Below, piece after piece: positions 1-9,834 of a DNA stretch of 64,000 bases. This DNA comes from an uncultured delta proteobacterium (GTDB lineage: Bacteria; Desulfobacterota; Binatia; UBA9968). Made by a program: the position numbers and the translations under genes. Each line of letters starts with the position of its first letter. Positions within the stretch are counted from its first letter, which is position 1. Where the stretch lies: assembly GCA_963755715.1 (NCBI GenBank), contig CAVWLW010000043.1, forward strand, positions 96,001-160,000. The letters are read 5' to 3'. The notes under the pieces are model-generated. The model ran no database searches, had not been told where the DNA came from, and saw only the letters and a program-made list of their open reading frames with translations.

Positions 1-180
1 CCGGATGTCTATATTCCGGGCCATCACGATGCGCCGGTTAACGGTTTGTGGCGAGCTACCGAGCCGCTCTTTCAGACGATCAAAGACGAAAACCCGAACA
101 TCATCACGATCTCGCGGGGGTATAGGGAGCCGATCTGCTTCGATACGGAAAATAATATCCAGCGCAGGCAACGCGGCTAA
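1..180 (+). CDS. C-terminal end of a probable MBL-fold metallohydrolase (runs off window start)
   Basis: Frame 1 reads PDVYIPGHHDAPVNGLWRATEPLFQ...RG* to TAA at 178-180; the P-x-H-H-D motif is typical of the end of MBL-fold hydrolases. Confidence 0.45.
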   Translation, partial: PDVYIPGHHDAPVNGLWRATEPLFQTIKDENPNIITISRGYREPICFDTENNIQRRQRG

Positions 181-198
181 GAATTACGTCACCTCGAA

Positions 199-489
199 CT
201 ACCGCGTCCGGTTGTACTGATAGTCTTCTCGTTCAGTTGTTCCCACCCGCAATTCCGCTGGCAGCGGCGGGCGAGTGGCATTTGCTTTCGCGTGCACGTC
301 CAATGCGGCTTGGTCGGTCCAGCGTTCGAGGATCGTTAGCTTGTCGGGATTAACCACGCTTTGAAAAACTTCGAACTGCTCGCAGCCGGGCTCGGTCATT
401 ATGTCCGCGCAGCGAGCCTTGTACAGTTTCGCCAGCTCGGATCCTTTTCCCGGTGCCGCGTTGATTCCCACGATCAATCGAATTGCCAT
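199..489 (-). CDS. Antibiotic biosynthesis monooxygenase (ABM) family / putative quinol monooxygenase
   Basis: 96 aa; EPGCEQFEVFQS...LERWTDQAALDVH motif; AAGGAG RBS upstream. Confidence 0.85.
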   Translation of the reverse strand: MAIRLIVGINAAPGKGSELAKLYKARCADIMTEPGCEQFEVFQSVVNPDKLTILERWTDQAALDVHAKANATRPPLPAELRVGTTEREDYQYNRTR

Positions 490-606
490 AGTGTCTCCTT
501 CGTTCGCCCTAAATCGGCGAGTGATAATGTATTGATCAAAATGAACTATCGTTCAGTAGCGCGGATGGTGTCAAGGAGGAAGCTCCATTGAAACGGAAAC
601 GAGATC

Positions 607-682
607 TCACCACGAAGCGCACGAAGGTTTCGGATATTATAAAGACTCTTGAACTTCGTGACCTTCGCGTTCTTCGTGGTGA
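607..682. repeat. Intergenic palindromic element built from ~9-mer tandem units (CACGAAG.. / ..CTTCGTG)
   Basis: TCACCACGAAG (607-617) is the reverse complement of CTTCGTGGTGA (672-682); extra CACGAAG/CTTCG units lie inside. Confidence 0.75.
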
Positions 683-718
683 ATTAATGCGTCAGTCAAA
701 CCGTTCAGCCAGCATCGC

Positions 719-1378
719 TTATCCGTGGCTCAAACTTCGCAGCACCGGCTCGAGCACTTTCCACAGGTTGGCGGCGACGATTTGATGGCCTTTGGCGGTC
801 GGGTGCATGCCGTCCGGCAGGTTGAGCTCGCGCACGCCGCCGACCCCTTCGAGAACAAATGGGATGAGCGGCGCTTGGTTTTTTTTTGCCAGCGCGGGAT
901 AAATTGCTTCGAATTGTGCGCCGTACTCGCGCCCCATGTTCGGCGGCACCTTCATCCCCGCGATGACAATCTTCGCGCCGGGATATTTTGCTTTTGTTCG
1001 ATCCATGATGGCCTGAAGGTTTTTCCGCGTGGTCTCGACCGGTAGTCCGCGCAAACCGTCATTCGCGCCGAGCTCCAAAACCAGAACGTCGACGCGATTT
1101 CTGAGCAGCCAGTCTATCCGGCTCAATCCGCCGGCACTGGTGTCGCCGCTTTGTCCCGCGTTGACGACTTTGAATTGCCACCGTTTGGCGTCGATTTTTT
1201 CCTGAATGAGGGCGGGATACGCTTGTTCGAGATCGAGTCCGTATCCTGCGGTGATGCTGTCCCCTAAAAACAAGATCACGCCTTGAGTGGGTGTCGCGCC
1301 CATGAGGATCAGCGACAGGACTATCGCAGCGGCAGTGCGTTCGACAAGCCTGGTGAAACGGCTGAGTTGTGTCGTCAT
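719..1378 (-). CDS. tesA: Arylesterase / acyl-CoA thioesterase, SGNH-GDSL family (TesA-like)
   Basis: FLGDSITAGYG, NAGQSGDTSAGG, ELGANDGLRG and DGMHP blocks; divergent from ybbAP-like genes. Confidence 0.9.
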   Translation of the reverse strand: MTTQLSRFTRLVERTAAAIVLSLILMGATPTQGVILFLGDSITAGYGLDLEQAYPALIQEKIDAKRWQFKVVNAGQSGDTSAGGLSRIDWLLRNRVDVLVLELGANDGLRGLPVETTRKNLQAIMDRTKAKYPGAKIVIAGMKVPPNMGREYGAQFEAIYPALAKKNQAPLIPFVLEGVGGVRELNLPDGMHPTAKGHQIVAANLWKVLEPVLRSLSHG

Positions 1379-1468
1379 CGTAAAAATTCTAAAGTTGATT
1401 TACTTGACAATAAGCTATCGAGAGATTGATCCCTTCGCTGAATTTCTCTTCGGCTACTCCCATACCGC

Positions 1469-2179
1469 ATGAGTAACGACGCCATTTTAAGCGTAGAGCA
1501 TTTGGGCAAGGTTTTTAAGAGCGGCGAGCGCAGCATTAACGTCCTGAGCGATGTGTCGTTCGCCATCGAGGGAGGCAGCACCTGCGCCATCGTCGGCCCG
1601 TCGGGCAGCGGCAAGACTACGCTGATCGCGATCTGCGCTGGGCTCGAACGGCCTAGCGAAGGCGCGGTGGTGTTTGACGGCGTCGCGCTGCACAACGCCA
1701 GCGAGGACGAGCTTGCGCGCATTCGCAATCAGTCCATCGGCTTCATTTTTCAAAATTTCCAGTTGTTGCCTTCGTTGACCGCTCTGGAAAACGTCATGGT
1801 TCCGGCCGAGATCCGCGGCGAAAACCATGCCCGCAGCCGCGCCGGGGATTTGCTGAAACAAGTGGGTCTCGACGGTCGTTTGAATCACTATCCGGTGCAG
1901 CTATCCGGCGGCGAACAGCAGCGCGTGGCGATCGCGCGCGCTTTCATCAATCAGCCCAAGATTCTCTTCGCGGATGAGCCCACCGGTAATCTCGACGCGG
2001 AAACCGCTAAAGACGTCATTAAACTCATTTTTGATTTGAACGCGACCCGCGGTACAACACTGCTGCTGGTTACGCACGACCAGGAACTGAGCCGGCAGGC
2101 GAGCCGGTTGATACAATTGAGAGGCGGCCGGCTTGCTTTAGACAGCGCTGAAACGAAAGCGGCGCGAACCAGCTTATAA
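1469..2179 (+). CDS. ABC transporter ATP-binding protein (YbbA/LolD-like)
   Basis: Walker A GPSGSGKT, LSGGEQQRVAIARA, ADEPTGNLD. Confidence 0.92.
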   Translation: MSNDAILSVEHLGKVFKSGERSINVLSDVSFAIEGGSTCAIVGPSGSGKTTLIAICAGLERPSEGAVVFDGVALHNASEDELARIRNQSIGFIFQNFQLLPSLTALENVMVPAEIRGENHARSRAGDLLKQVGLDGRLNHYPVQLSGGEQQRVAIARAFINQPKILFADEPTGNLDAETAKDVIKLIFDLNATRGTTLLLVTHDQELSRQASRLIQLRGGRLALDSAETKAARTSL

Positions 2180-2191
2180 CGTAGGCATCCG

Positions 2192-4729
2192 ATGGGAGCG
2201 ATATTTAAAGCCTGGGTTTGGCGTCTCGCTTGGCGCGACGGGCGGCAGGGCCTGCGGCCATTACTGTTTTCCATGTCGAGCGTCATCCTGGCCGTGGCCG
2301 CGGTGGTGGCGGCATTTTCGTTTCGCGACAATTTACTGTCCAATATTCAAACCCAATCCAAGAGCCTGCTCGGCGCGGACCTCGCGCTCGATAGCCGCGA
2401 GCCATTCACCGCCGAAGACGAAAATCTGTTTCGCTCAGTGGGCGGCGAACAAGCGCGTCTGATCGGCTTTGCTTCGATGGTGTTTTTTCCGCGCGGCGGT
2501 GATTCCCGGCTGATGCAAGTGCGCGCGATCAGCAGCGCCTTTCCTTTTTACGGCGCGCTGGAAAGCACGCCGCCGTTGTCATTGGCAGAATTTCACCGCG
2601 GCGCTAACGCGCTAGTCGATGAGAACGTGATGTTGCAGTTTAACGCCCAGGTGGGGGATCGGCTGAAGATCGGCGAGTATGAGTTTCGCATTGCCGGCAA
2701 GCTGGGCAAGATTCCTGGCGAAACCCTGGCGTTTTCTTTGATCAGTCCGCGCGTCTACATTCCGATGGCGTATTTGGATCGCACCGAGTTGTTACAAAAA
2801 GGCAGCCTGGTGCGCTATCGAGTTTATTTCAAGCTTCAACCTGACACCGACGTGGACCGGCTGGTGGGCAATCTCGCGCCGAAGTTGCAACAGCTGCGCT
2901 TGGAGGCCGACACCGTCAGCAAGCGCAGCGAATCGATCGCCGCGTCCATGGAAAATCTTTCCCGCTATCTCACGCTCGCGGTCTTTATCGCCGTGCTTCT
3001 TTCGGGCGTCGGGGTCGCCAGCGTCGTGCACGTCTTCGCCACGGTCAAGGCGCGATCCGCGGCGCTACTCCGATGTATCGGCGCCGCGCCGCGCGAAACT
3101 GTTTGCGTATATGTGATTCAGGTCCTTTCCTTGGCGTTCGTCAGCTCTTTGCTCGGCACCGCTCTAGGGGTGGCCGCGCAGTTCGCATTGCCGCTCGCGC
3201 TCAAAGACTTTCTACCTTTGACGACGGTGGTTTCGCTCGCGCCCCGGGGCATCATCGCCGGATGGGCGGTGGGACTGGGTACGACGCTTCTGTTCGCTCT
3301 GATTCCGTTACTGCCGTTGCGAAATATCTCGCCGCTGTCGGCGCTGCGCGCGACCTTCGATGCCGACCGGCCGGCGCGCGATTGGCTGGCGTGGATTCTT
3401 TTTGCGCTCGTCGGCGCCGGCATTTGGGCCTTTGCCGTGGCGACCACCTCAAGCATGATCTCAGGTTCGTGGTTTGCGGGCGCACTGTTGGCTGTGTTTG
3501 GTGTTCTGATTCTTCTCGCGCGCGCGGCTTCGGCGGGGATACGTAAGATTGCGCTCGGCGTTCTGCCTTTTGCCTGGCGCCAGGGATTGGCCAACTTGCA
3601 TCGCCCGAATAACCAGACGACGGCGGTCACGCTGGCAATCGGTTTGGGAACATTTTTGCTCGTCACGCTCTATAGCGTGCAGAATATGCTGGTGGCTCAG
3701 GTTGCCGGGCGCGCCGGCGCGGGGGAGCCGAATCTCGTGCTCTTCGACGTGCAAGGCGATCAGCGGCAAAGTATCGGCGAGCTTATCAAGTCGCAGGGTA
3801 TATCGTTGCGTGGCGAAGTTCCCGTGGTCACCATGCGTTTGAGTTCGGTGAAAGGGCAGAGAGTCGAAGAGCTTCGCGCCAATCCGCACGCGAGGATTCC
3901 GGGTTGGGCGCTGCGCCGCGAATATCGTTCGACGTACCGCGCCGAGCTGACGAGCACTGAGAAAATCATTGCCGGCGCTTGGCAAGGAAGAGTGGCGCCG
4001 GACACAGAGCCGATTCCAGTCTCCGTTGAAAAGGGCATCGCGGAGAGCTTGAAGATCGGCCTGGGAGATGAATTGCAGTTCGAAATCCAAGGCGTGCCGA
4101 TTACCGCGCGCGTCGCGAGCATTCGCGAGGTGGATTGGCAGCGCGTACAGCCGAACTTCTTCATGGTGTTTCCCGAAGGCGTGCTGGAGAGTGCGCCGCA
4201 GTTTTACGCTATTGTGGCGCGCGCAGAGTCCAATCAAGCGGCGGCGCGTTTGCAGCGCGCAATCGTCGAGCGGTTTGCCAACGTCTCGGTGATCGACCTG
4301 AGCCTGATTCTCAACACGTTAAACTCCATCCTCGGCAAGGTTTCCGCCGCCATGCGCTTCGTCGCGCTGTTCACGATTATCACCGGCCTCGCCGTGCTGG
4401 CCAGCGCCGTTCTCGGCAGCCGGGCGCAGCGGACGAGAGAAAGTATTCTCTTGCGAACTCTGGGCGCGCCGCGGCGTCAGATCCTCGCGGTGATTGCGGC
4501 GGAATATCTGTTATTAGGCGGTATCTCCGGCGTCGCGGGCACAGCGCTCGGCCTCGGCGCCACTTGGGGCTTGAGCATTTATTTTTTCGGCACACCGGCG
4601 GTGATTTCAGTAGCGCCGGTGTTGGCGATTCTATTCATCGTGATCGCGGCGACCGTGCTGGCCGGCGCGATCGGTTGCTGGGGCATTTTTCAGCGGTCGC
4701 CGCTCGAAGCGCTGCGCGCGGAGGCGTAG
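2192..4729 (+). CDS. ABC transporter permease, FtsX/MacB-type (YbbP-like)
   Basis: 845 aa with two FtsX-like TM repeats (LLRCIGA, LLRTLGA); conserved tesA-ybbA-ybbP arrangement. Confidence 0.88.
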   Translation: MGAIFKAWVWRLAWRDGRQGLRPLLFSMSSVILAVAAVVAAFSFRDNLLSNIQTQSKSLLGADLALDSREPFTAEDENLFRSVGGEQARLIGFASMVFFPRGGDSRLMQVRAISSAFPFYGALESTPPLSLAEFHRGANALVDENVMLQFNAQVGDRLKIGEYEFRIAGKLGKIPGETLAFSLISPRVYIPMAYLDRTELLQKGSLVRYRVYFKLQPDTDVDRLVGNLAPKLQQLRLEADTVSKRSESIAASMENLSRYLTLAVFIAVLLSGVGVASVVHVFATVKARSAALLRCIGAAPRETVCVYVIQVLSLAFVSSLLGTALGVAAQFALPLALKDFLPLTTVVSLAPRGIIAGWAVGLGTTLLFALIPLLPLRNISPLSALRATFDADRPARDWLAWILFALVGAGIWAFAVATTSSMISGSWFAGALLAVFGVLILLARAASAGIRKIALGVLPFAWRQGLANLHRPNNQTTAVTLAIGLGTFLLVTLYSVQNMLVAQVAGRAGAGEPNLVLFDVQGDQRQSIGELIKSQGISLRGEVPVVTMRLSSVKGQRVEELRANPHARIPGWALRREYRSTYRAELTSTEKIIAGAWQGRVAPDTEPIPVSVEKGIAESLKIGLGDELQFEIQGVPITARVASIREVDWQRVQPNFFMVFPEGVLESAPQFYAIVARAESNQAAARLQRAIVERFANVSVIDLSLILNTLNSILGKVSAAMRFVALFTIITGLAVLASAVLGSRAQRTRESILLRTLGAPRRQILAVIAAEYLLLGGISGVAGTALGLGATWGLSIYFFGTPAVISVAPVLAILFIVIAATVLAGAIGCWGIFQRSPLEALRAEA

Positions 4730-4750
4730 GGGCAAGGCGCGCCTTGCCCT
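4726..4750 (+). repeat. GTAG-type REP-like palindrome
   Basis: GTAG (overlapping the permease stop) followed by the perfect palindrome GGGCAAGGCG|CGCCTTGCCC. Confidence 0.6.
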
Positions 4751-4796
4751 TCATTAGAGAACCGCGTGAAACCATACGGATAGATAAGGAGCCATC

Positions 4797-7340
4797 ATGT
4801 CAGCAGAAAAGCCGTATCGATTGCCAACCAACGTCACCCCCGAACGGTATGAATTGAAACTCACGCCGGATTTAACGACTTGGACTTTTACCGGCGATGA
4901 AAAGATTTCGATTCACGTCCACGAACCGGTGCGCGAGATTATCCTAAACGCCGCTGAGTTGGAGTTGCATGCCGTATCTCTTCAGACCGCCGACGGCAAG
5001 GTACGTGAAGGCCGCGTGAACTTGGACACCGAGAATGAACGGGCGACGTTGAGCTTCGGCGAACCTGTCCCAGCCGGCCGCGGCGATTTGCAGATTCAAT
5101 TCTCCGGCATTTTGAACGACAAGCTGCACGGTTTTTACCGCAGCACCTACAAGGGCGCGGACGGCCAAGACAAGCCGTTGGCATCGACGCAGTTCGAATC
5201 GACGGATGCCCGGCGCGCCTTTCCCTGTTGGGACGAGCCCGCCTTCAAAGCGGTATATCAGGTCACGCTGGTCGTCGATGAAAAGCTCACGGCAATTTCC
5301 AACGCCCGGGTGGTGCGCGAGAACGCACTGCCGGGAAATAAGAAAGCAGTTGTGTTCGCCGATTCGATGAAGATGTCGACCTATCTCGTCGCTTTCATCG
5401 TCGGCGAATTCGAGGCGACCGCGCCGGTCATGGTTGGCAATGCGCCTCTGCGTGTTTGTGCCGTGCCCGGAAAGAAACATCTCGCGACCTTCGCCGTCGA
5501 TATCGGCAAGGCTTCGCTGGAACATTTCAGCGCTTACTACGGGATTGCCTATCCCGGCGACAAACTGGATTTGATCGCGATTCCTGACTTTGCCTCCGGC
5601 GCGATGGAAAATCTCGGCGCGATAACCTTTCGCGAAACGGCGCTGCTAGTCGATGCCGACCGAGCGACGCGCACAGAGCTCGAGCGGGTGGCGGACGTGG
5701 TGTCGCACGAAAATGCGCATATGTGGTTCGGCGATCTGGTGACGATGAAATGGTGGAACGGCCTGTGGTTGAACGAAGCGTTCGCGACTTTCATGGAAAT
5801 GCTCGCGGTCGATGCCTGGAAGCCCGAATGGCGCCGTTGGGACAGCTTCACCGTATCGCGCGCCGCGGCCATGCAGGTCGACGGATTGAAAAGCACGCGG
5901 CCTATCGAATTCCCCGTCGAACGACCTGAAGAGGCAGCCGGCATGTTCGACATTTTAACCTACGAGAAGGGCGCGTCGGTGCTGCGCATGCTCGAGCAGT
6001 ATTTGGGCGCAGAAGCGTTTCGCGACGGGATTCGACTCTATCTGCGCCGGCATGCTTATGCCAACGCCGAGACCACAGATCTGTGGGACGCTCTCGAAGA
6101 GTCGACAAAAGAGCCGGTGCGAGCGCTGATGGACACGTGGATTTTTCAAGCCGGCTATCCGTTGATCAGCGTCGAGAAAGGGCCGCGTGGTCTGCGCCTG
6201 AACCAGCAAATGTTTCGTTATCTTCAGAACGGCTCCGACCAGGAGCGAAAGTGGCACGTGCCGATTTTTTTGCGTGCGGGCACCAAGACAGGTGTGATCG
6301 AGAAAACCATTCTGCTCGCCGACGGCGAGCAAAGCGTCGAGCTTGGCGATACCGTGGAGTGGGCGGTTGTCAATGCCGGCGGTCACGGTTTTTATCGTGT
6401 GCGCTACGGCGCCGACCTTTTCGATTCGCTGAAGCACGGACTGCAGGTGCGGCTTTCGGCGGTCGAAAGATTCGGCCTCGTCAATGACACCTGGGCGTCC
6501 ACGCTTGCGGGTTTGACGTCCCTGATCGATTATCTGAGTTTGATCGATCTTCTCAGCGACGAAAACGACGTCAATGTTTGGACGACGGTGATCGGCTCGG
6601 GGCATCATTTAGAGAGAATCCTCGACGACCCACAGTGCACGACATTGGCAAAGCGCCTGCGCACGCTCCTTGGACCGGCGGTGGCGCGCTTCGGCTGGAC
6701 GCCTCGACGGGGTGAGAGCGATCTGGAAAGCCAGCTTCGCGGTGACCTGATCAACGCCCTCGGCACGCTCGGCGACGACAAAGGTTGTCAGGAAAGGGCT
6801 CGCGAGCTCTTCGCGTTATATGAAAAATCGCCCGACATCGTCGAGCGCAACTTGATCCCGGCGCTGATTGCGATCGTGGCGCATACCGGCACGGCGGCGG
6901 ACTATGATAAGTTTTACGGCAGATTCAAAAACGCCCAGACGCCGCAAGAGGAAACTCGGTTTCTTTTTGCGTTGGCAAACTTTCGCCTGCCGGAGCTGAT
7001 CGACCGCACTCTGGACCTCACGATCAACGGCGAAGTGCGCACGCAAAACTCGCCCTATCTAATGCGCGGCATTCTCTTAAACAAGCCGGCGCGGGTTAAG
7101 GCGTGGGTGTTCATGAAAGCGCATTGGGAAGAGATGCTGCGGCAATATCCGGACAACGCCATTCCGCGCATGTGCGAAGGCATCGTCGGCTTGGCGACCG
7201 CGGAGCTGGAAGCAGATGTCAGGGATTTTTTCGCGCGCCATCCCGTCAAGCAGGGGACGAAACAGATGGAGCAACATCTGGAGCGACTGCACGTAGCGGT
7301 TACTTGCCGAGAAAGATGGCGGGATTTGCTGCGCTCGTAG
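4797..7340 (+). CDS. pepN: M1 family aminopeptidase with ERAP1-like C-terminal domain
   Basis: GAMEN motif, HENAHMWFG (HExxH) followed by LWLNEAFA, and YEKG. Confidence 0.93.
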   Translation: MSAEKPYRLPTNVTPERYELKLTPDLTTWTFTGDEKISIHVHEPVREIILNAAELELHAVSLQTADGKVREGRVNLDTENERATLSFGEPVPAGRGDLQIQFSGILNDKLHGFYRSTYKGADGQDKPLASTQFESTDARRAFPCWDEPAFKAVYQVTLVVDEKLTAISNARVVRENALPGNKKAVVFADSMKMSTYLVAFIVGEFEATAPVMVGNAPLRVCAVPGKKHLATFAVDIGKASLEHFSAYYGIAYPGDKLDLIAIPDFASGAMENLGAITFRETALLVDADRATRTELERVADVVSHENAHMWFGDLVTMKWWNGLWLNEAFATFMEMLAVDAWKPEWRRWDSFTVSRAAAMQVDGLKSTRPIEFPVERPEEAAGMFDILTYEKGASVLRMLEQYLGAEAFRDGIRLYLRRHAYANAETTDLWDALEESTKEPVRALMDTWIFQAGYPLISVEKGPRGLRLNQQMFRYLQNGSDQERKWHVPIFLRAGTKTGVIEKTILLADGEQSVELGDTVEWAVVNAGGHGFYRVRYGADLFDSLKHGLQVRLSAVERFGLVNDTWASTLAGLTSLIDYLSLIDLLSDENDVNVWTTVIGSGHHLERILDDPQCTTLAKRLRTLLGPAVARFGWTPRRGESDLESQLRGDLINALGTLGDDKGCQERARELFALYEKSPDIVERNLIPALIAIVAHTGTAADYDKFYGRFKNAQTPQEETRFLFALANFRLPELIDRTLDLTINGEVRTQNSPYLMRGILLNKPARVKAWVFMKAHWEEMLRQYPDNAIPRMCEGIVGLATAELEADVRDFFARHPVKQGTKQMEQHLERLHVAVTCRERWRDLLRS

Positions 7341-7448
7341 CGAAGCGCGTCTGGCCGCACGAATTCAGTAAATCTTTTAAAATCAGGGTCTTGTTTGCGC
7401 AGCGCGAGTGCCGATTCAAAACGCGCGAAATTGCCCTTGACAAGATTG

Positions 7449-7468
7449 GTGAGTAAATGCTAACTAAC
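7449..7468. promoter_or_regulatory. Candidate TetR operator 1, just downstream of a TTGACA -35 box
   Basis: GTGAGTAAATGCTAACTAAC imperfect palindrome, matching 8177-8196 at 14 of 20 positions; TTGACA at 7437-7442. Confidence 0.5.
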
Positions 7469-7473
7469 CCGCA

Positions 7474-8163
7474 ATGGCAAACGTACCCCGATTGTCGGCC
7501 GAGGCGCGCAAGGAAGCGATCGTCGAGGCGGTCCAGGACGTTTTTGCCGAGAAGGGGTTCGACGGCACCACCACGCGAGAGTTAGCGAAAGCAGCCGGGG
7601 TTTCCGAGGCGCTGCTTTACAAGCATTTTCCGAGCAAAGAGTCGCTCTACGCCGCCATGCTCGACGGCTGCGCCAAGGGTCCGACATTCGCCGAGGCGAG
7701 CCGGATTCTGGAGCTCGACGCGTCGACCTCGACCTTGGTCGTGATGGTTCATTTTATGATTTCGCACTACGTGCTCGGTCGCCCCGGCGACAGGCATCGG
7801 GCCGCGTTGAATTCTTTATTAGTGCGCAGCTTGCTAGGGGACGGTGAGTTCGTTAGGCTGATGCATAAGAAGCTCGCTGCGGCATGGCTGAAAAAATTCG
7901 AGGCCTGCTTGCAGGCGGCGGCAAAAGCCGGAGAAATGCGCGAGGTGCCGATACGGCACGACCTCTGCGTCTGGCTGGTGCAGCACGTCGCGTTCTCCTT
8001 AATGTTGCATCTTCAGCCGAAGGTTCCGGCGGTCAATTACAAGGTCTCGCGGGAAGAGCTGGTTTCACAGGCGACCTGGTTCGGCCTGTTGGGCATCGGC
8101 ATTAAAGAGGAAGCGGTGCGGCGCTACTACAGTCCCAAGGCGTTGCGCTTGCTGGCCAGCTAA
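7474..8163 (+). CDS. TetR/AcrR family transcriptional regulator
   Basis: N-terminal HTH FAEKGFDGTTTRELAKAAGVSEALLYKHFPSKESLY. Confidence 0.93.
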   Translation: MANVPRLSAEARKEAIVEAVQDVFAEKGFDGTTTRELAKAAGVSEALLYKHFPSKESLYAAMLDGCAKGPTFAEASRILELDASTSTLVVMVHFMISHYVLGRPGDRHRAALNSLLVRSLLGDGEFVRLMHKKLAAAWLKKFEACLQAAAKAGEMREVPIRHDLCVWLVQHVAFSLMLHLQPKVPAVNYKVSREELVSQATWFGLLGIGIKEEAVRRYYSPKALRLLAS

Positions 8164-8176
8164 TTTTTTTCACAGA

Positions 8177-8196
8177 GTAAGTAAAGATTTACTAAT
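8177..8196. promoter_or_regulatory. Candidate TetR operator 2
   Basis: GTAAGTAAAGATTTACTAAT with a perfect AGTAAA-GA-TTTACT core. Confidence 0.55.
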
Positions 8197-8225
8197 CGAT
8201 CTTTGGCGATCGATACGGAGGAGTC

Positions 8226-8652
8226 ATGATACTGAAGGGTGCTAATGACAATGGCCCGGCGCAACGGACTGCCGGTCTCGATGAAAGAATTGGTTCGCTG
8301 TTTCAACCCGATACGCTATTGGGTGAGGATTATGCCGCGAATTTCCGGCGCAAGCTGCCGCTCGAAGCGGAGCGGACTTTGTTGCTCGCGGTTCTCGAAG
8401 ACGGCATTCGCTGTTATCAGGAAAATATCCACGTGACGGGCGGGAAAAGGCGAACGCTCTTCGAGGAAGCGCGCGAGTGGCTCTTTAGCGACGACGCGGA
8501 CTGGTTCTGTTCGTTCGTGTCGATCTGTACGATGCTCAATCTCGAACCTACCTACATCCGGCGCGGCCTGCGCCAGTGGGAAGCGCGGCTGCGCAAGCCG
8601 GCGCATAAAATCTCAGGGAGCCGCCGAGACCGATCAACGCCTCGTGGCGTGA
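8226..8652 (+). CDS. Conserved-looking hypothetical protein (E-x-x-L-L-L-A-V-L-E-D ... W-L-F-S ... F-x-x-I-C-x-x-L); 3' end probably frameshifted
   Basis: GGAGGAG RBS; the track ORF runs to 8756 and overlaps the MFP gene, while another frame gives ...RLVA* at 8650-8652. Confidence 0.65.
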
Positions 8653-8691
8653 AGTTGACAGATTTACTGCCAGACGGGAGACGCGCCCGGC

Positions 8692-9834
8692 ATGACTGTC
8701 CGATCTGCGCTGCTGGGGCTGGCCCTGATTTTTGCCGGTCTTGCGGCGTGCAATAAAAAGCCGGAGGCGAATTTCGAACGTCCGCCGGCTCCGGTCACCG
8801 TTGCCAGGGCCGTTGCCCGGGATGTGCCCGTTTATATCGACGCGGTGGGTAAAACGGTGGCGCGCGAGGTGGTATCGGTCCAACCGCAGGTTTCCGGGCG
8901 CATCACGCAGATTCACTTCACAGACGGCGCCAACGTTAAGATCGGCGACCTCCTTTTCACGATCGATCCCCGGCCTTATCAAGCCCAGCTAAACCAAGCC
9001 GAGGCCAACGTCGCTCAAGCCGAAGCCGCGCTCAGCTTGGCTAAGGTTAACTTCGCGCGAGTGGAGAAGGTCAGCGATCCGCGCGCCGTTTCAAGACAAG
9101 ATTTCGACGCTAGGAAAAGCGCGGTGGAAAGCGCGGAGGCGACGCTCAAACAAAATCGCGCGGCCGTGGAGAACGCGCGCTTGAATTTGGAATACTGCAC
9201 CATTCGCTCGCCGATCAACGGCCGCGCCGGGCAAAGAGCCGTCGATGTCGGCAATGTCGTGTCAGCGAATAATGGTTCGCTTCTGGTGATCCAGCGGCTC
9301 GATCCGATTTACGCCGACTTCACGGTGACCGAAAGTGAACTGAGCGGCGTGCAGCGCAATATGGCGAAACAGGCGTTGAAAGTTGAAGTCCGTTTGCCTG
9401 ACGACGGCACGGAGCCGCGCGAAGGAAAGCTGACTTTTCTCGATAACTCCGTCCAAGAAGGCTCAGGTACCGTCAAACTGCGGGCTACACTTAACAACAA
9501 CGATCGGAGTTTTTGGCCGGGCCGGTTCGTCAAGGTTCGTCTGATTTTACAAACTCAGCGCGATGCGGTCCTAGTGCCGGCGGATGCGCCGCAGTTGTCG
9601 GCGAAAGGTCCATTTGTTTACGTTGTTAAACCGGATTCGAGCGCGGAGTTGCGGCCGGTCAAAGTCGGGCAGCGGCAAGAAGACCTCATTGTCATTAAAG
9701 ACGGGCTCAAAGCGGATGAGCGTGTGGTGGTGAGCGGCCAACTCGGTGTCACCCCGGGTGGAAAAGTGCGCGTGTTACAACCAACGGATCCGGCGAAAGC
9801 TGCGCCGTCTGCAAATCCTCCGGCAAAGTCGTGA
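8692..9834 (+). CDS. RND efflux membrane fusion protein (MdtA-like), lipoprotein
   Basis: Lipobox LAAC; VSVQPQVSGRI, GDLLFTIDPRPY, TIRSPINGR. Confidence 0.92.
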   Translation: MTVRSALLGLALIFAGLAACNKKPEANFERPPAPVTVARAVARDVPVYIDAVGKTVAREVVSVQPQVSGRITQIHFTDGANVKIGDLLFTIDPRPYQAQLNQAEANVAQAEAALSLAKVNFARVEKVSDPRAVSRQDFDARKSAVESAEATLKQNRAAVENARLNLEYCTIRSPINGRAGQRAVDVGNVVSANNGSLLVIQRLDPIYADFTVTESELSGVQRNMAKQALKVEVRLPDDGTEPREGKLTFLDNSVQEGSGTVKLRATLNNNDRSFWPGRFVKVRLILQTQRDAVLVPADAPQLSAKGPFVYVVKPDSSAELRPVKVGQRQEDLIVIKDGLKADERVVVSGQLGVTPGGKVRVLQPTDPAKAAPSANPPAKS

